Assembly: GCA_963736225.1 (NCBI GenBank)
Contig: CAVTOF010000003.1
Location: 249,901-313,900 of the forward strand
Reading direction: 5' to 3'
From: an uncultured Acidimicrobiaceae bacterium
GTDB taxonomy: Bacteria; Actinomycetota; Acidimicrobiia; Acidimicrobiales; RAAP-2
DNA length: 64,000 nucleotides
A program made the translations under genes and the position numbers. The notes beneath the pieces are model-generated. The model saw nothing but the letters and a program-made list of their open reading frames with translations, had not been told where the DNA came from and did not search any database. Below are positions 40,424 to 50,517 of the stretch, piece after piece (within the stretch, counting starts at the first letter, position 1; the number at the start of each line of letters is the position of its first letter).

Positions 40424-41998
40424 TCACCCGAGGTGCATTGCCTTGACCACGAAGTACGTGGCGGGGATCACGAACAAGAGCCCGTCGACGCGGTCGAGAA
40501 CGCCCCCGTGGCCCGGGAGGATCCGGCCCATGTCCTTCACCCCGAGGTGCCGCTTGATCATCGACTGGCTCAGGTCGCCGAGCGGCGCCACGATCGCGAC
40601 GACCACGCCGAAGATCGCGGCTTTGCCGATCGTCCATGGATGTATGAAGTGGACGACGATCACCGACACCAAGATGGCCACGATCGCACCGCCGATCAGC
40701 CCCTCCCAGCTCTTGTTGGGGCTGATGGAGGGTGCCAGCTGGTGCCGACCCATGGCGGAACCGATCAGCAGCGACGCGATGTCGTCGGCCACGGTCACGA
40801 TGACGGCCGCCAGGATGAAGGCGATCCCGTGCCGATCAGGGAAGAGGTTCGGGTCGAGCAACAGGGCGGCGAACGAGCCGAACGCACCGATCCAGACGAA
40901 CACGAAGACCGTCGAGGTGATGCCCGACACCGGCTCGGCCGCCGGCTCGACGCGGGCCAGGTACCAGATGAAGGACCCGGCGACCAGCAGGACGAGCACC
41001 AGGGGCAGCGCAGCAACGCCCTTGTTGTACGTCTCGATGAGGAGCGACAGCACCGCCACCAGGCCGAGCAAGGTCGCCGGGTGGTAGTGCGCGCGCCGGA
41101 AGGCGGCGTACGCCTCCGCCGCGGCGAGCAGCACCACGACGCAGACGATGACCATGGTGGCCACGGTCCCGGCGGCAAAGCAGGCCAGTGCAGCAACGCC
41201 GAGCAGCAAGCCCGAGCCGATCGCCACCCGCATGTCGCGCCCGTCGGTACCCGCCGTGTTCACGTTCCCCGTGCGCACGTTGGCGACCGAACGGGTCGTG
41301 CGCGGGACGCGTGCCTTCTGCTCCGGGGGCTGCGGTGGGCTCAGCCTCGAGGCGCCGGCGGCGGCCGACGAGGTCGTGAGTGGTGTGGCCGACCGGGACG
41401 ACACCTGGGCCGGTTCGAACTCGGGTTCGGGTTCGGGCTCGGGCTCGGGCTCGAACGGCGCCTCCAGCGGCTCGTGCGGCACATATGGCTCGTGCAGCAA
41501 GACCTCTTCTGACTCCCTCGCCGCGTGCGCCGGCTCGTGCTCGAACCCCGGCTCGGGCGGGATCACCAGGGTGTCGTCGGACTCGAAATGCCACGGCTGG
41601 CGCTCGACGTCGTCGCGCTCGCCCAGCAACGCGCCGACGGCAGGAAGGTCTTCGGAGAGCATGGCGGGCTCGAAGATCTCTTCTTGCGCCTCCCAGTCCG
41701 TTTCCTCCTCGCGCCACGTGGGCGGGGCGAGGAGAGGCTCCTCGCCGTTGTTGCGATCGAGCACGGCGGGTACCTGGCCGGTCGGTGCGTCGTTCCAGTG
41801 CGGAAGCTCAGCGTGGTCCTCGTCCACGGGACCCGTGACCTCCGGGATGGTGTCGCCCGCCGGTTCAGCCCCGATGATGCGCACTCGGCCGGAGTGGTAG
41901 CTAGTGGGTTCCTCGTCGACGTCCTCGGCACCCGGATCGCCGAAGCCACCGAAGCCCGTGTCGACCTTGTCCAAGTTGTCCGTGCCGTCGTCGCTCAT
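40424..41998 (-). CDS. cdsA: Phosphatidate cytidylyltransferase with a ~230-aa acidic N-terminal extension
   Basis: C-terminal signature SMIKRHLGVKDMGRILPGHGGVLDRVDGLLF and about 8 TM helices. The N-terminal third is Asp/Glu/Pro-rich, including EPEPEPEPEFEP. Confidence 0.85.
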   Translation of the reverse strand: MSDDGTDNLDKVDTGFGGFGDPGAEDVDEEPTSYHSGRVRIIGAEPAGDTIPEVTGPVDEDHAELPHWNDAPTGQVPAVLDRNNGEEPLLAPPTWREEETDWEAQEEIFEPAMLSEDLPAVGALLGERDDVERQPWHFESDDTLVIPPEPGFEHEPAHAARESEEVLLHEPYVPHEPLEAPFEPEPEPEPEPEFEPAQVSSRSATPLTTSSAAAGASRLSPPQPPEQKARVPRTTRSVANVRTGNVNTAGTDGRDMRVAIGSGLLLGVAALACFAAGTVATMVIVCVVVLLAAAEAYAAFRRAHYHPATLLGLVAVLSLLIETYNKGVAALPLVLVLLVAGSFIWYLARVEPAAEPVSGITSTVFVFVWIGAFGSFAALLLDPNLFPDRHGIAFILAAVIVTVADDIASLLIGSAMGRHQLAPSISPNKSWEGLIGGAIVAILVSVIVVHFIHPWTIGKAAIFGVVVAIVAPLGDLSQSMIKRHLGVKDMGRILPGHGGVLDRVDGLLFVIPATYFVVKAMHLG

Positions 41999-42007
41999 CG
42001 TCGCCTC

Positions 42008-42577
42008 TCAGACCTGCAGCAGCTCTTGCTCTTTGTGCGAGAGCAGCTGATCGATCAGCGTGACCTGTTCGTGGGTGATCTTCTCGAGTTCCTTCTCGAC
42101 CCGCTCGAGCTCGTCGCTGGTGAGATCACCGTCCTTCTGCAGGGCTTCGAGCTCGTGGCGCCCTGCCCGGCGCAGGTTTCGCACTGCGACCCTCCCCTCC
42201 TCTGCCTTGTGCCGCACGACCTTGACCAGCTCCTTGCGGCGCTCTTCTGTCAACGGCGGAAAGGCCAGCCGGATCACGGTTCCGTCGTTCGTCGGGTTGA
42301 TACCCAGATCAGAGGCCATGATCGCCTTCTCGATCGCTCCGAGCGACCCCTTGTCGTAGGGGGAGATCACCAAGAGCATTGCGTCGGGCACGCTGAAGCC
42401 GGCGAGCTGACGCAGCTGGGTCGGCGTGCCGTAGTAGTCCACGGTGAGCATCTCGACCAGCGCCGAGGACGCCCGTCCGGTCCGTACGTTGCCCATCTCG
42501 TGACGGACGTGGTCGATGGCCTTGCCCATCTTCTCCCTGGTGTCGTCCTTGACCAGGGTGGCGAGGTCGTCGTCCAT
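42008..42577 (-). CDS. frr: Ribosome recycling factor
   Basis: 189 aa, ..RTGRASSALVEMLTVDYYGTPTQLRQLA..; TGATG junction with pyrH. Confidence 0.95.
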   Translation of the reverse strand: MDDDLATLVKDDTREKMGKAIDHVRHEMGNVRTGRASSALVEMLTVDYYGTPTQLRQLAGFSVPDAMLLVISPYDKGSLGAIEKAIMASDLGINPTNDGTVIRLAFPPLTEERRKELVKVVRHKAEEGRVAVRNLRRAGRHELEALQKDGDLTSDELERVEKELEKITHEQVTLIDQLLSHKEQELLQV

Positions 42578-43296
42578 CAGCGAACCAGCGTACCGATCTG
42601 CTCACCGCTGAGCGCACGGGGGATGTTGCCGGGGATCATCAGGTTGAAAACTCGGATCGGCAGGTTGTTGTCCTTGCAGAAGGTGATGGCGGTCAGGTCC
42701 ATGACCCGCAAGTCCCGGCTGATCACCTCCATGAAGGAGATCTCGTCGTAGCGGGTGGCAGTCGGATCCAGCTTCGGGTCGGCGCTGTAGACGCCGTCGA
42801 CCCCCGAGTGGGTGCCCTTGCACAGCAGCTCAGCACCGATCTCGGCGGCCCGGAGGGCGGCCGGGGTGTCGGTCGTGAAGAAGGGGTTGCCCATGCCGGC
42901 CGCGAAGATCACGATGCGGCCCTTCTCGAGGTGCCGGATGGCCCGCCGCCGGATGTAGGGCTCGGCCACCTCGGCCATGGAGAGCGCACTGAGCACCCGC
43001 GTCGGCTGATCCTGCTGCTCGAGCGCGTCCTGCAGGGCCAACGCGTTGATCACCGTCCCCAGCATGCCCATGGTGTCCGAGGTGGCGCGGTCCATGCCCC
43101 CGCTCTCACCGGTGGTCCCGCGCCAGATGTTGCCACCGCCCACGACGACGGCGAGCTCGAGGCCGCCGCCGTCCATCGCGCGCGTCATCTCCTTGGCCAT
43201 ACGTTCGACGGTCGCCGCATCGATGGTCTGGTCGGAGGCGGCGGAGGCCAAGGCCTCCCCCGACATCTTGAGGACGATTCGGCGCGGCTCTCCCAC
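42577..43296 (-). CDS. pyrH: UMP kinase
   Basis: [11 protein letters not shown].., [10 protein letters not shown], and the C-terminal uridylate kinase pattern. Confidence 0.95.
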   Translation of the reverse strand: MGEPRRIVLKMSGEALASAASDQTIDAATVERMAKEMTRAMDGGGLELAVVVGGGNIWRGTTGESGGMDRATSDTMGMLGTVINALALQDALEQQDQPTRVLSALSMAEVAEPYIRRRAIRHLEKGRIVIFAAGMGNPFFTTDTPAALRAAEIGAELLCKGTHSGVDGVYSADPKLDPTATRYDEISFMEVISRDLRVMDLTAITFCKDNNLPIRVFNLMIPGNIPRALSGEQIGTLVR

Positions 43297-43308
43297 GATC
43301 CCTACGCG

Positions 43309-44103
43309 TCAGGCGCCGATGACGACCTGAGCGAACGAGACGACGCGCGCCGACCCGAGGAGCCCGGCGATCGTCTGCTTCTCGTCGCGCGCATAGGCCT
43401 GGTCGAGCAGCACACGCTCTTTGAACCAACCCGTCATCCTGCCCTCGACGATCTTGTCGAGCGCCGCTTCGGGCTTGCCCTCGTTGCGCGAGATCGTCTC
43501 GAGCGTGGCGCGCTCAGCAGTGACCTCGGCCTCGGGGACCTCGTCACGGCTGAGGTAGGTGGGCTTGGCGAACGCGATGTGCACCGCGATGTCGTGCGCC
43601 AGCTCCTCGGAGCCTCCCTCGAGCACGACGGCGACGGCGTTGACACCGCGGCCCGCCTGCCGGTGCAGGTAGGTGTCGATGACCTGGCCGGGCTCGGCGA
43701 CGAGACGGCGCACCCGGCCCACCGAGATGTTCTCCTTGAGGGTGGCGCGCAGGCGGTCGATCTCGTCGTCCAGCTCGCCGACGGCGTCTTCACCCTTGGC
43801 CGCGACCAGCGCGGCCAGCTCGTCGGCCAGGGCCACGAATTCTTCTGCCTTGGCGACGAAGTCGGTCTCGCAGCGGAGCTCGACCACGGCGGCCGCCTCT
43901 CCACTCCGCGCCACGGCCACCGCGCCCTCCGCCGCCTCTCGGTCGGAGCGCTTGGCTGCACCGGCGAGGCCCTTCTCACGGAGGATCTGTGCTGCCTTGT
44001 CCACATCGCCGCCCGCCTCTTCGAGCGCGTTCTTGCAGTCGAGCATCCCCGCGCCGGTCATCTGGCGCAGAGCGGCGACGTCCTTTGCGGTGTAGTTGGC
44101 CAC
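43309..44103 (-). CDS. tsf: Elongation factor Ts
   Basis: GTG 44103 gives VANYTAKDVAALRQMTGAGMLDCKNALEE.., one nt after the rpsB stop. The part of ORF 43309..44178 upstream of this overlaps rpsB and is unlikely to be coding. Confidence 0.93.
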   Translation of the reverse strand: MANYTAKDVAALRQMTGAGMLDCKNALEEAGGDVDKAAQILREKGLAGAAKRSDREAAEGAVAVARSGEAAAVVELRCETDFVAKAEEFVALADELAALVAAKGEDAVGELDDEIDRLRATLKENISVGRVRRLVAEPGQVIDTYLHRQAGRGVNAVAVVLEGGSEELAHDIAVHIAFAKPTYLSRDEVPEAEVTAERATLETISRNEGKPEAALDKIVEGRMTGWFKERVLLDQAYARDEKQTIAGLLGSARVVSFAQVVIGA

Positions 44104-44104
44104 G

Positions 44105-44899
44105 TCAGGCCACCTCCACGGGCTCTTGCGCGGCGCGGGCGCGGCGAGGACGGGGCGACGGGCTGGCGGCACTCTCATCAGCTTGGGCCTGGGGTGCCAT
44201 CTGGCGGCGGTGCGCGGCGATGAAGCGGCCCTCGGCGACGGCGTCCGCGATGACCCGGCACATGAGCGAACCCGAGCGGATGGCGTCGTCGTTGCCCGGG
44301 ATCACGTAGTCGATGACGTCGGGGTCGCAGTTGGTGTCGACCACCGCGACCACGGGGAGACCGAGCTTGCGGGCCTCGGTCACCGCGATGTGCTCCTTCT
44401 TGGTGTCGATCACGAACACCGCGTTCGGCAGCCGGTCAAGGTTCGCGATGCCGCCGAGGTTGCGGCTCAACTTTTCGAGCTCGCGGGTGTGCTGGAGCGC
44501 CTCACGCTTGGGCATCCCGTCGAAGTCGCCGGCCGCCTGCATCGCACGCAGCTCCTGCATCCGCTTCACGCGTCCGGACACCGTCGCGAAGTTGGTCAGC
44601 ATGCCGCCGAGCCAGCGCTGGTTCACAAACGGCATCCCGCACGCCTCGGCGTACTCGGCCACCGGGCCTTGGGTTTGCTTCTTGGTCCCCACGAAGAGGA
44701 TGGTCCCCCCGTCGGCGACCAGGTCCCGCACGAAGGCGTAGGCGGACTCGACGCCGCTCAGCGTCTTGCGCAGGTCGATGAGATAGATCCCGTTGCGCTC
44801 ACCAAGGATGAAGCGCTTCATTTTCGGGTTCCACCGGCGCGTCTGGTGGCCGAAGTGGACTCCGGCCTCCAAGAGCTGTCGCATGGAAACGACGGCCAT
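44105..44899 (-). CDS. rpsB: 30S ribosomal protein S2
   Basis: [27 protein letters not shown].. with a short Ala/Pro-rich C-terminal tail. Confidence 0.95.
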   Translation of the reverse strand: MAVVSMRQLLEAGVHFGHQTRRWNPKMKRFILGERNGIYLIDLRKTLSGVESAYAFVRDLVADGGTILFVGTKKQTQGPVAEYAEACGMPFVNQRWLGGMLTNFATVSGRVKRMQELRAMQAAGDFDGMPKREALQHTRELEKLSRNLGGIANLDRLPNAVFVIDTKKEHIAVTEARKLGLPVVAVVDTNCDPDVIDYVIPGNDDAIRSGSLMCRVIADAVAEGRFIAAHRRQMAPQAQADESAASPSPRPRRARAAQEPVEVA

Positions 44900-45030
44900 A
44901 CAGGTACTCCTCCAGTCGGTTGTGCTTCCCTGGCGCAGCGCCGCCCGCAGGCAGCGACCGTGGAACGCGCACAGGTGATGGGTCGGATGTTGCTGCCCAC
45001 CGCCGTGGTGGGCCGAGTCATGTTAGCCGC

Positions 45031-45927
45031 TCAGCGAGGCCGCGAGGCCCTGGGGTGGGTCTCCTCGTACACCGAGCGCAAGCGCTCCTTGCTCACGTGT
45101 GTATAGACCTGGGTGGTGGCCAGGCTGGCGTGACCCAGCAGCTCCTGGACCACGCGGAGGTCGGCGCCGCCGTCGAGCAGGTGGGTTGCATAGGTGTGGC
45201 GCAGGGCGTGGGGGTGGGTCGGGGACGGGGAGCGTCGGTCGAGGATGCGCCGCACGTCGCGGGGCCCTAGCCGCGCCCCGCGCTGGTTGACGAAGGCCGC
45301 CTCGGGCGGGCCGTCCATCTCGTCTCGTCCGTCACGCAGCCATGCGTCCAGCGCGGCCACCGCGGTGTCGTGGATGGGCACGCGTCGTTGCTTCCCGCCC
45401 TTGCCGAGCACCGTGACCGTGCGGCCTCGCACATCGATGTCGCCCCGATCGAGCCCGCAGAGCTCCGACACGCGCAATCCGGCTGCATAGAGGAGCTCGA
45501 GGACGGCGAGGTCGCGTCGGTCCAGTCGGTCGTCGGCGCCCACGTCGAGCAGCGCGCCGACCTCGCCCGGAGAGAGCACCCGGGGCAGGCGCCCGCCGCC
45601 CGACGGTGACCGCAAGGACCTGGCCGGGTCGGAGTCGATGCGTCCCTGCCGGCACAGCCAGGCGAAGTAGCAGCGCAGCGCGGCCGCCTTCCGAGCGATG
45701 GTGGCGCGGGCGAGGCGCCGCGTGCCGAGTGAGGCCAGGTACCGGCGCAGGTGCATGCGGTCGACCGGCTCAGGCCCGTGGACGTCGCTGCGGGACATCC
45801 ACTCCGTGAAGGCCGTGACGTCGCCCACGTACGCGGTGCGGGTCGCCGCGGCCCGGCCTCCGAGCCAGGCTGCGAAGCCAGGGAGATCCCAGTCGTCCGA
45901 CACGGCGTCCCACGGTACCGCCCCCAT
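45031..45927 (-). CDS. xerC: Site-specific tyrosine recombinase XerC/XerD family
   Basis: HALRHTYATHLLDGGADLRVVQELLGHASLATTQVYTHV carries the catalytic R..HxxR..Y pattern. The position next to rpsB matches mycobacterial xerC. XerC versus XerD is not separable by eye. Confidence 0.85.
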   Translation of the reverse strand: MGAVPWDAVSDDWDLPGFAAWLGGRAAATRTAYVGDVTAFTEWMSRSDVHGPEPVDRMHLRRYLASLGTRRLARATIARKAAALRCYFAWLCRQGRIDSDPARSLRSPSGGGRLPRVLSPGEVGALLDVGADDRLDRRDLAVLELLYAAGLRVSELCGLDRGDIDVRGRTVTVLGKGGKQRRVPIHDTAVAALDAWLRDGRDEMDGPPEAAFVNQRGARLGPRDVRRILDRRSPSPTHPHALRHTYATHLLDGGADLRVVQELLGHASLATTQVYTHVSKERLRSVYEETHPRASRPR

Positions 45928-46002
45928 CGGACAGGTCCTGGGAACTAACGTCCCTTTGGAACCTTCCGGGGGGTCCGCTGGGTTCGGGAATAGGGAGGGC
46001 CG

Positions 46003-47664
46003 ATGGTCTCGAAATTCGATCGCCGCACTCTGCTTGCAGGGAGTGCCGCCGCTGCCGCGGGCTTCGCGGGCGCCTCGGCGCTCGGCTTGGGCTGGGACGG
46101 GATCGCCGGTGCGTACACGAACGGACCCGGGCTCAACGGCGTCAGCACCAAGACCCCGAAGAAGGGGGGCTCGCTCGTCTTCGGCGTGGACGCCGAGGAA
46201 TCGGGCTTCGACCCGACGCAGGCCCGCTTCGACGAGGTCGGCGTCATGTACGCGAGGACCGTCTTCGACCCGATGACCATCGTCACGGCCAACGGCGACT
46301 GGGCGCCCTACCTCGCCGAGTCGGTGATCCCCAACGCCAGCTACACCTCATGGACCATCACGCTGCGGCCGAACGTCACGTTCCACGACGGCACCCCCTG
46401 CAACGGCGCCGCCCTGGTGACCAACCTGGTCGCGCAGTCCAAGTCGCTCCTGACCGGCATCGTCATCGGCCCGACGCTGGTCTCCATCACCCAGACCGGG
46501 CCGCTCGCCGCCACCATCACGTTCAAGTCGCCCTGGGTGCCTTTCCCCTATTACCTGGCCGGTGGCATCGGCGGGCAGATCGCGTACGTGGTGGCGCCCT
46601 CCATGCTCGCGAACCCCAACGGCACCACCCACCCGGTGGGCACAGGGCCGTTCGTCTTCAAGGAGTGGATCCCCAACGACCACTTCACCGCCACGGCCAA
46701 CCCCAACTACTGGCGCAAGGGCATGCCCTACCTGTCGCAGATCACCTTCAAGCCGATCCCCGACGAGGAGTCCCGGGCGGAGGCGCTCAAGTCGGGCACC
46801 ATCGACCTGATGATCACCGACACCCCGCAGATCATCACGGAGTTCAAAGGCAACCACGCCTACGCCTACATCGACGACAGCACACACGTCGCCGGAGAGC
46901 CGGACATGAACTGCGTCCAGCTCAATTGCCTGGCCAAGCCGTTCAGCGACCCCAACGTCCGCCTGGCCGCCGCCATGGCGATCAATCGTACCCAGTACGC
47001 CAAGGTCATCGACGAGGGCGTCCTGCCCGTGAGCAACGGGCTGTTCGTCCCGGGGTCGCCGTACTACTCCACGACCCAATACCCGAAGTTCAACCCGTCA
47101 CAGGCCTCGAAGCTGGTCAGCAATGCCGCCAAGGCCAACGGCGGCCCGATCACCTTCTCGTACGGCTCGACCAACTCGCCGGCGGCCATCCGGGCCGCCC
47201 AATATCTCGAGCAGGCCTGGGAGGCCGTGGGCTTCAAGGTGTCCACGTCGATCGTCCAGCAGAACCAGACGATCAACAACGCCTTGGCCGGCAAGTACCA
47301 AGCGCTGGGCTGGCGCCAGTTCGGCGCCGTCGACCCGGACCTCAACTACATCTTCTGGAGTACCACCACGGTCAGCTCGGGCTCCCTCTCGATCAACATG
47401 GCCCGCAACGCCGATCCCACCATCGAGCGGGCTCTGCTGAGCGGGCGCGAGAGCACCGAGAAGGCCGTCCGGGAGGCCGCCTACAAGACGGTGAACAAGC
47501 GGCTGGCGCTGGACGTACCCTATTTGTGGACGGATCGGGCGGTCTGGGCGGTGATCGGGACGCCTGATGTCCAGAACTTCAACAACCCAACTACGCCGCA
47601 GGGCACCCCTGCATTCGGCATGATCGGTGGCTCCATTTGGCCGACACAGATCTGGATCAGCTGA
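46003..47664 (+). CDS. ABC-type solute-binding protein, family 5 (peptide/nickel type), Tat signal; no permease or ATPase genes nearby
   Basis: Twin-arginine leader MVSKFDRRTLLAGSAAAAAGFAGA. 553 aa with SBP_bac_5-like features (TFHDGTPCNGAAL.., FKEWIPNDHF). Confidence 0.85.
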   Translation: MVSKFDRRTLLAGSAAAAAGFAGASALGLGWDGIAGAYTNGPGLNGVSTKTPKKGGSLVFGVDAEESGFDPTQARFDEVGVMYARTVFDPMTIVTANGDWAPYLAESVIPNASYTSWTITLRPNVTFHDGTPCNGAALVTNLVAQSKSLLTGIVIGPTLVSITQTGPLAATITFKSPWVPFPYYLAGGIGGQIAYVVAPSMLANPNGTTHPVGTGPFVFKEWIPNDHFTATANPNYWRKGMPYLSQITFKPIPDEESRAEALKSGTIDLMITDTPQIITEFKGNHAYAYIDDSTHVAGEPDMNCVQLNCLAKPFSDPNVRLAAAMAINRTQYAKVIDEGVLPVSNGLFVPGSPYYSTTQYPKFNPSQASKLVSNAAKANGGPITFSYGSTNSPAAIRAAQYLEQAWEAVGFKVSTSIVQQNQTINNALAGKYQALGWRQFGAVDPDLNYIFWSTTTVSSGSLSINMARNADPTIERALLSGRESTEKAVREAAYKTVNKRLALDVPYLWTDRAVWAVIGTPDVQNFNNPTTPQGTPAFGMIGGSIWPTQIWIS

Positions 47665-47675
47665 AATGGAGTCTG

Positions 47676-48359
47676 ATGAGCGGACGCATCCTGGTGGTCG
47701 AGGACGATGAACGCATCAGATCCTCGATGCGACTCGCCTTGGAGGGCGAAGGCTACGAGGTAAGGGACGCCGCCAGCGGCGAGGAGGGCCTCGACGTGTT
47801 CGCCGAGGCCGCACCCGACGTCGCGCTCATCGACCTCATGCTGCCGGGCATGGACGGCTTCGAGTGCTGTCGTGCCCTGCGCCGCAGCAGCGCGGTCCCG
47901 ATCATCATCGTGACGGCACGCTCGGACACCCACGATGTCGTGGCCGGGCTGGAGGCCGGGGCCGATGACTACGTCACCAAGCCGTTCGTGGCCAAGGAGC
48001 TGTCGGCCCGCATCCGCGCCTTGTTGCGCCGCGCCCGCCCGGCCGAGGAAGAGCCCGGCGCGCTGACCTTCGGCGATCTGCAGCTGCTGCCCGAGCAGGG
48101 AGTCCTGCGCCGCCTCAACGGCGACGAGGTCCACTGCACACGCACCGAGTTCCGCCTCCTGTGCGAGCTGGCGGCCAGCCCCAACAAAGTGCTGAGCCGC
48201 GAGCAGTTGCTCGACCGCGTCTGGGGGTACGACTACTTCGGCGACGGGCGGCTCGTCGACGTCCACATCCGGCGCTTGCGCACCAAGGTCGAAGCGGACC
48301 CCGCGGTCCCCCAGCACATACTCACCGTCAGGGGCATGGGCTACAAGCTGGTGCCGTGA
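47676..48359 (+). CDS. mtrA: OmpR-family response regulator (MtrA-like)
   Basis: MSGRILVVEDDERI.., receiver Asp in DLMLPGMDG, winged-helix C-terminus LTVRGMGYKL. It is followed by a kinase and a GerMN lipoprotein, which is mtrA-mtrB-lpqB synteny. ATG 47676 lies 11 nt after the SBP stop. Confidence 0.75.
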   Translation: MSGRILVVEDDERIRSSMRLALEGEGYEVRDAASGEEGLDVFAEAAPDVALIDLMLPGMDGFECCRALRRSSAVPIIIVTARSDTHDVVAGLEAGADDYVTKPFVAKELSARIRALLRRARPAEEEPGALTFGDLQLLPEQGVLRRLNGDEVHCTRTEFRLLCELAASPNKVLSREQLLDRVWGYDYFGDGRLVDVHIRRLRTKVEADPAVPQHILTVRGMGYKLVP

Positions 48360-48360
48360 C

Positions 48361-49883
48361 GTGAAACTGGGCATCACTGCCCGGATCACGGCCGTCTTCG
48401 GTCTCGGTGCGCTGTTGCTGTCCATCTTGATGGGCGGGCTGTCCTACTTCACCGTCCGCCACTACCTCCTGGCCGGGCGCGAGGCGGCCGCCCAGCACCA
48501 GACCTTCAACAACGCGGTCCTGGTACGCAGCTCGCTGGTGGAGGGCACCCCGACCACGAAGTACACCAGTTTGCTGGCCAACATCGACGCCGGGTCCGAC
48601 GCGCACTCGGTGCTGTACCAGCGGTCCAAGTACTACAACTCGTCCCTGTCGGTCAATGCGTCGTCCATCCCCCTGCAGCTGCGCAAGGACGTCCTGAGCG
48701 GCACAGCAGCCACACAGACCGTTCGCACCAGCGCCGGTACCGAGATCGTGGTGGGCGTGCCGGTTCCCTCGGTGCATGCCGCCTACTTCGATGTGTTCGA
48801 CCTCTCGGACCTCGACCACACCCTCCGCGTGCTCGGGCTGACGCTTCTGGTCGCCGGTGTGGTCACGACCGTGCTCGGCATCGCCCTCGGCCGATTCGCC
48901 AGCGTGCGATCCCTGCGACCGCTGGCCGACGTGTCCCGGGCGGCAGGCGCTATCGCGAGCGGAGAGCTCGACACCCGGCTCGATGCCGACGCCGCCGATC
49001 CCGATCTCATCGGGCTGACGAACTCGTTCAACGCCATGGTGGACCAGCTGCAGGAGCGGATCGAGCGAGAGGCACGGTTCAACTCCGACGTGAGCCACGA
49101 GTTGCGCTCGCCGCTCACCACACTGGCGGCATCGTTGGAGGTCCTCGAGGCCGACGTGGACCGGCTGCCCCACGCTCTCAGCGAGCGCTCCAGCTCCTGA
49201 GCGACGACCTGCACCGCTTCCAGCGCATGGTCGGCGACCTGCTCGAGATGTCGCGGGCCGACGCAGGGTCGGTGGACGTCTTCATCGAAGAGGTCGACGT
49301 GTCCGAGCTCGTGCAGCGGTCGGTCGAGGTCGGGTTCGGGCACATGGACGGTCCCCGGCCCGAGAGCGGCGGTGCGGTCGCCGCAAACGGCGCCACTGCC
49401 GGCCCACCCGGCGTGCGCATCGATCCCGCCGTGCGCGGCTGGCGGGTGGGCATCGACAAACGCCGGTTCGAGCGTGTCATGGTGAACCTGATGGAGAACG
49501 CCGCGCACTACGGCGGCGGCGTCACCGACATCGCAGTCACGCCCGGGCAAGAAGGGCACGTCGAGGTCACGGTGGACGACGCCGGCCCCGGCATCGACCC
49601 GCTCGAGCGGCTCAAGATCTTCGAGCGCTTCTACCGCGGCTCCACGTCGGGACGCCGCGGCACCGGGACCGGCACCGGGCTGGGCCTGGCGCTCGTGGCC
49701 GAACACATGCGCGCGATGCACGGCGATGTGCGCGTGGAGTCCTCGCCCGCGGGTGGCGCGCGCTTCGTCCTCATACTGCCAGTGCTCGACGAGGACGACC
49801 TGGGCGACGACGTGGAGGATGGACTGGGTGACGAGACGGTCGACTCGGTGAGCAGCACGCCGAAGGCCCGGGAGCTCGAGTGA
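48361..49883 (+). pseudogene. mtrB: Sensor histidine kinase (MtrB-like); one frame break at a C4 run (49168..49171)
   Basis: Two TM segments, HAMP and the H-box SHELRSPLTTL are in ORF 48361..49200. The dimerisation helix remainder and HATPase_c (NLMENAAHYGGG, DDAGPGI, GTGLGLALV) are in ORF 49227..49883, in another frame. Confidence 0.75.
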
Positions 49884-50473
49884 AACGTCCGCTGCTCGTC
49901 GCCGCACTCATGACGCTGGCAGTCGCCGCCTCGGGCTGCGCCATTCCGACCCAGGGCTCGCCCAACGTCATCGCAAGCTCCAAGGTGCCATCCAACCTGA
50001 TGGACCCCCACCCGCCCACGACCTCGACGACCCAGCCGAACGCAGCCGCCACCGTTCCGGTGAAGGTGTACTTCGTCAACGCGAGCGACCAGTTCGTGGC
50101 GGCGGCGCGCGTCGTGCCCCCGCCCGCCCCGCTGATCTCCGTCGTGCGAGCCCTCCTGGGCGGTGTGACCAGAAGTGAGGCAGCGGAGACCATCACCACC
50201 GCCATCCCGAGCGATGTCACCGTGCTCGGCGTGTCGACACAACCTGGCAACGTCGTCACCGTGAACCTCAGCAGCGCGTTCGGTGAGATCACCGGCACGG
50301 ACAGCGCGCTGGCCGTCGGGCAGATCGTGTGGACCGTGACGAACGAGGTGGGGCTGACGACCGGCGTCGTCTTCGAGATCGAGGGGCAGCGCATCAGCGT
50401 GCCGATCGCCAACGGCTCACTCGTGGCGGGACCCGTGTATCTCCTGCAGTTCTACAACATCGCGCCGACCTGA
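49880..50473 (+). CDS. Lipoprotein with a single GerMN-like domain (short LpqB-like partner of MtrB)
   Basis: Lipobox LAVAASGC. VKVYFVNASDQFVAAARVVP..LLGG.. resembles a GerMN domain. It is 197 aa, against roughly 580 aa for mycobacterial LpqB. 4-nt overlap with the kinase. Confidence 0.6.
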   Translation: MKRPLLVAALMTLAVAASGCAIPTQGSPNVIASSKVPSNLMDPHPPTTSTTQPNAAATVPVKVYFVNASDQFVAAARVVPPPAPLISVVRALLGGVTRSEAAETITTAIPSDVTVLGVSTQPGNVVTVNLSSAFGEITGTDSALAVGQIVWTVTNEVGLTTGVVFEIEGQRISVPIANGSLVAGPVYLLQFYNIAPT

Positions 50474-50492
50474 GATCGGTCCGGCGCCGATC
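50474..50492. terminator. Hairpin between convergent genes (possible bidirectional terminator)
   Basis: GATCGG-tccggcg-CCGATC lies immediately after the TGA at 50471..50473. There is no clear U-tract. Confidence 0.35.
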
Positions 50493-50517
50493 AGCGGATC
50501 GTCAGCCGGTCAGCCGG

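Noticed and set aside
45031-45927. Tyrosine recombinase as a marker of an integrated mobile element
   Set aside because: It has the Xer-type length and motifs and the conserved chromosomal position next to rpsB. There is no adjacent tRNA, no direct repeats and no phage or transposon genes.
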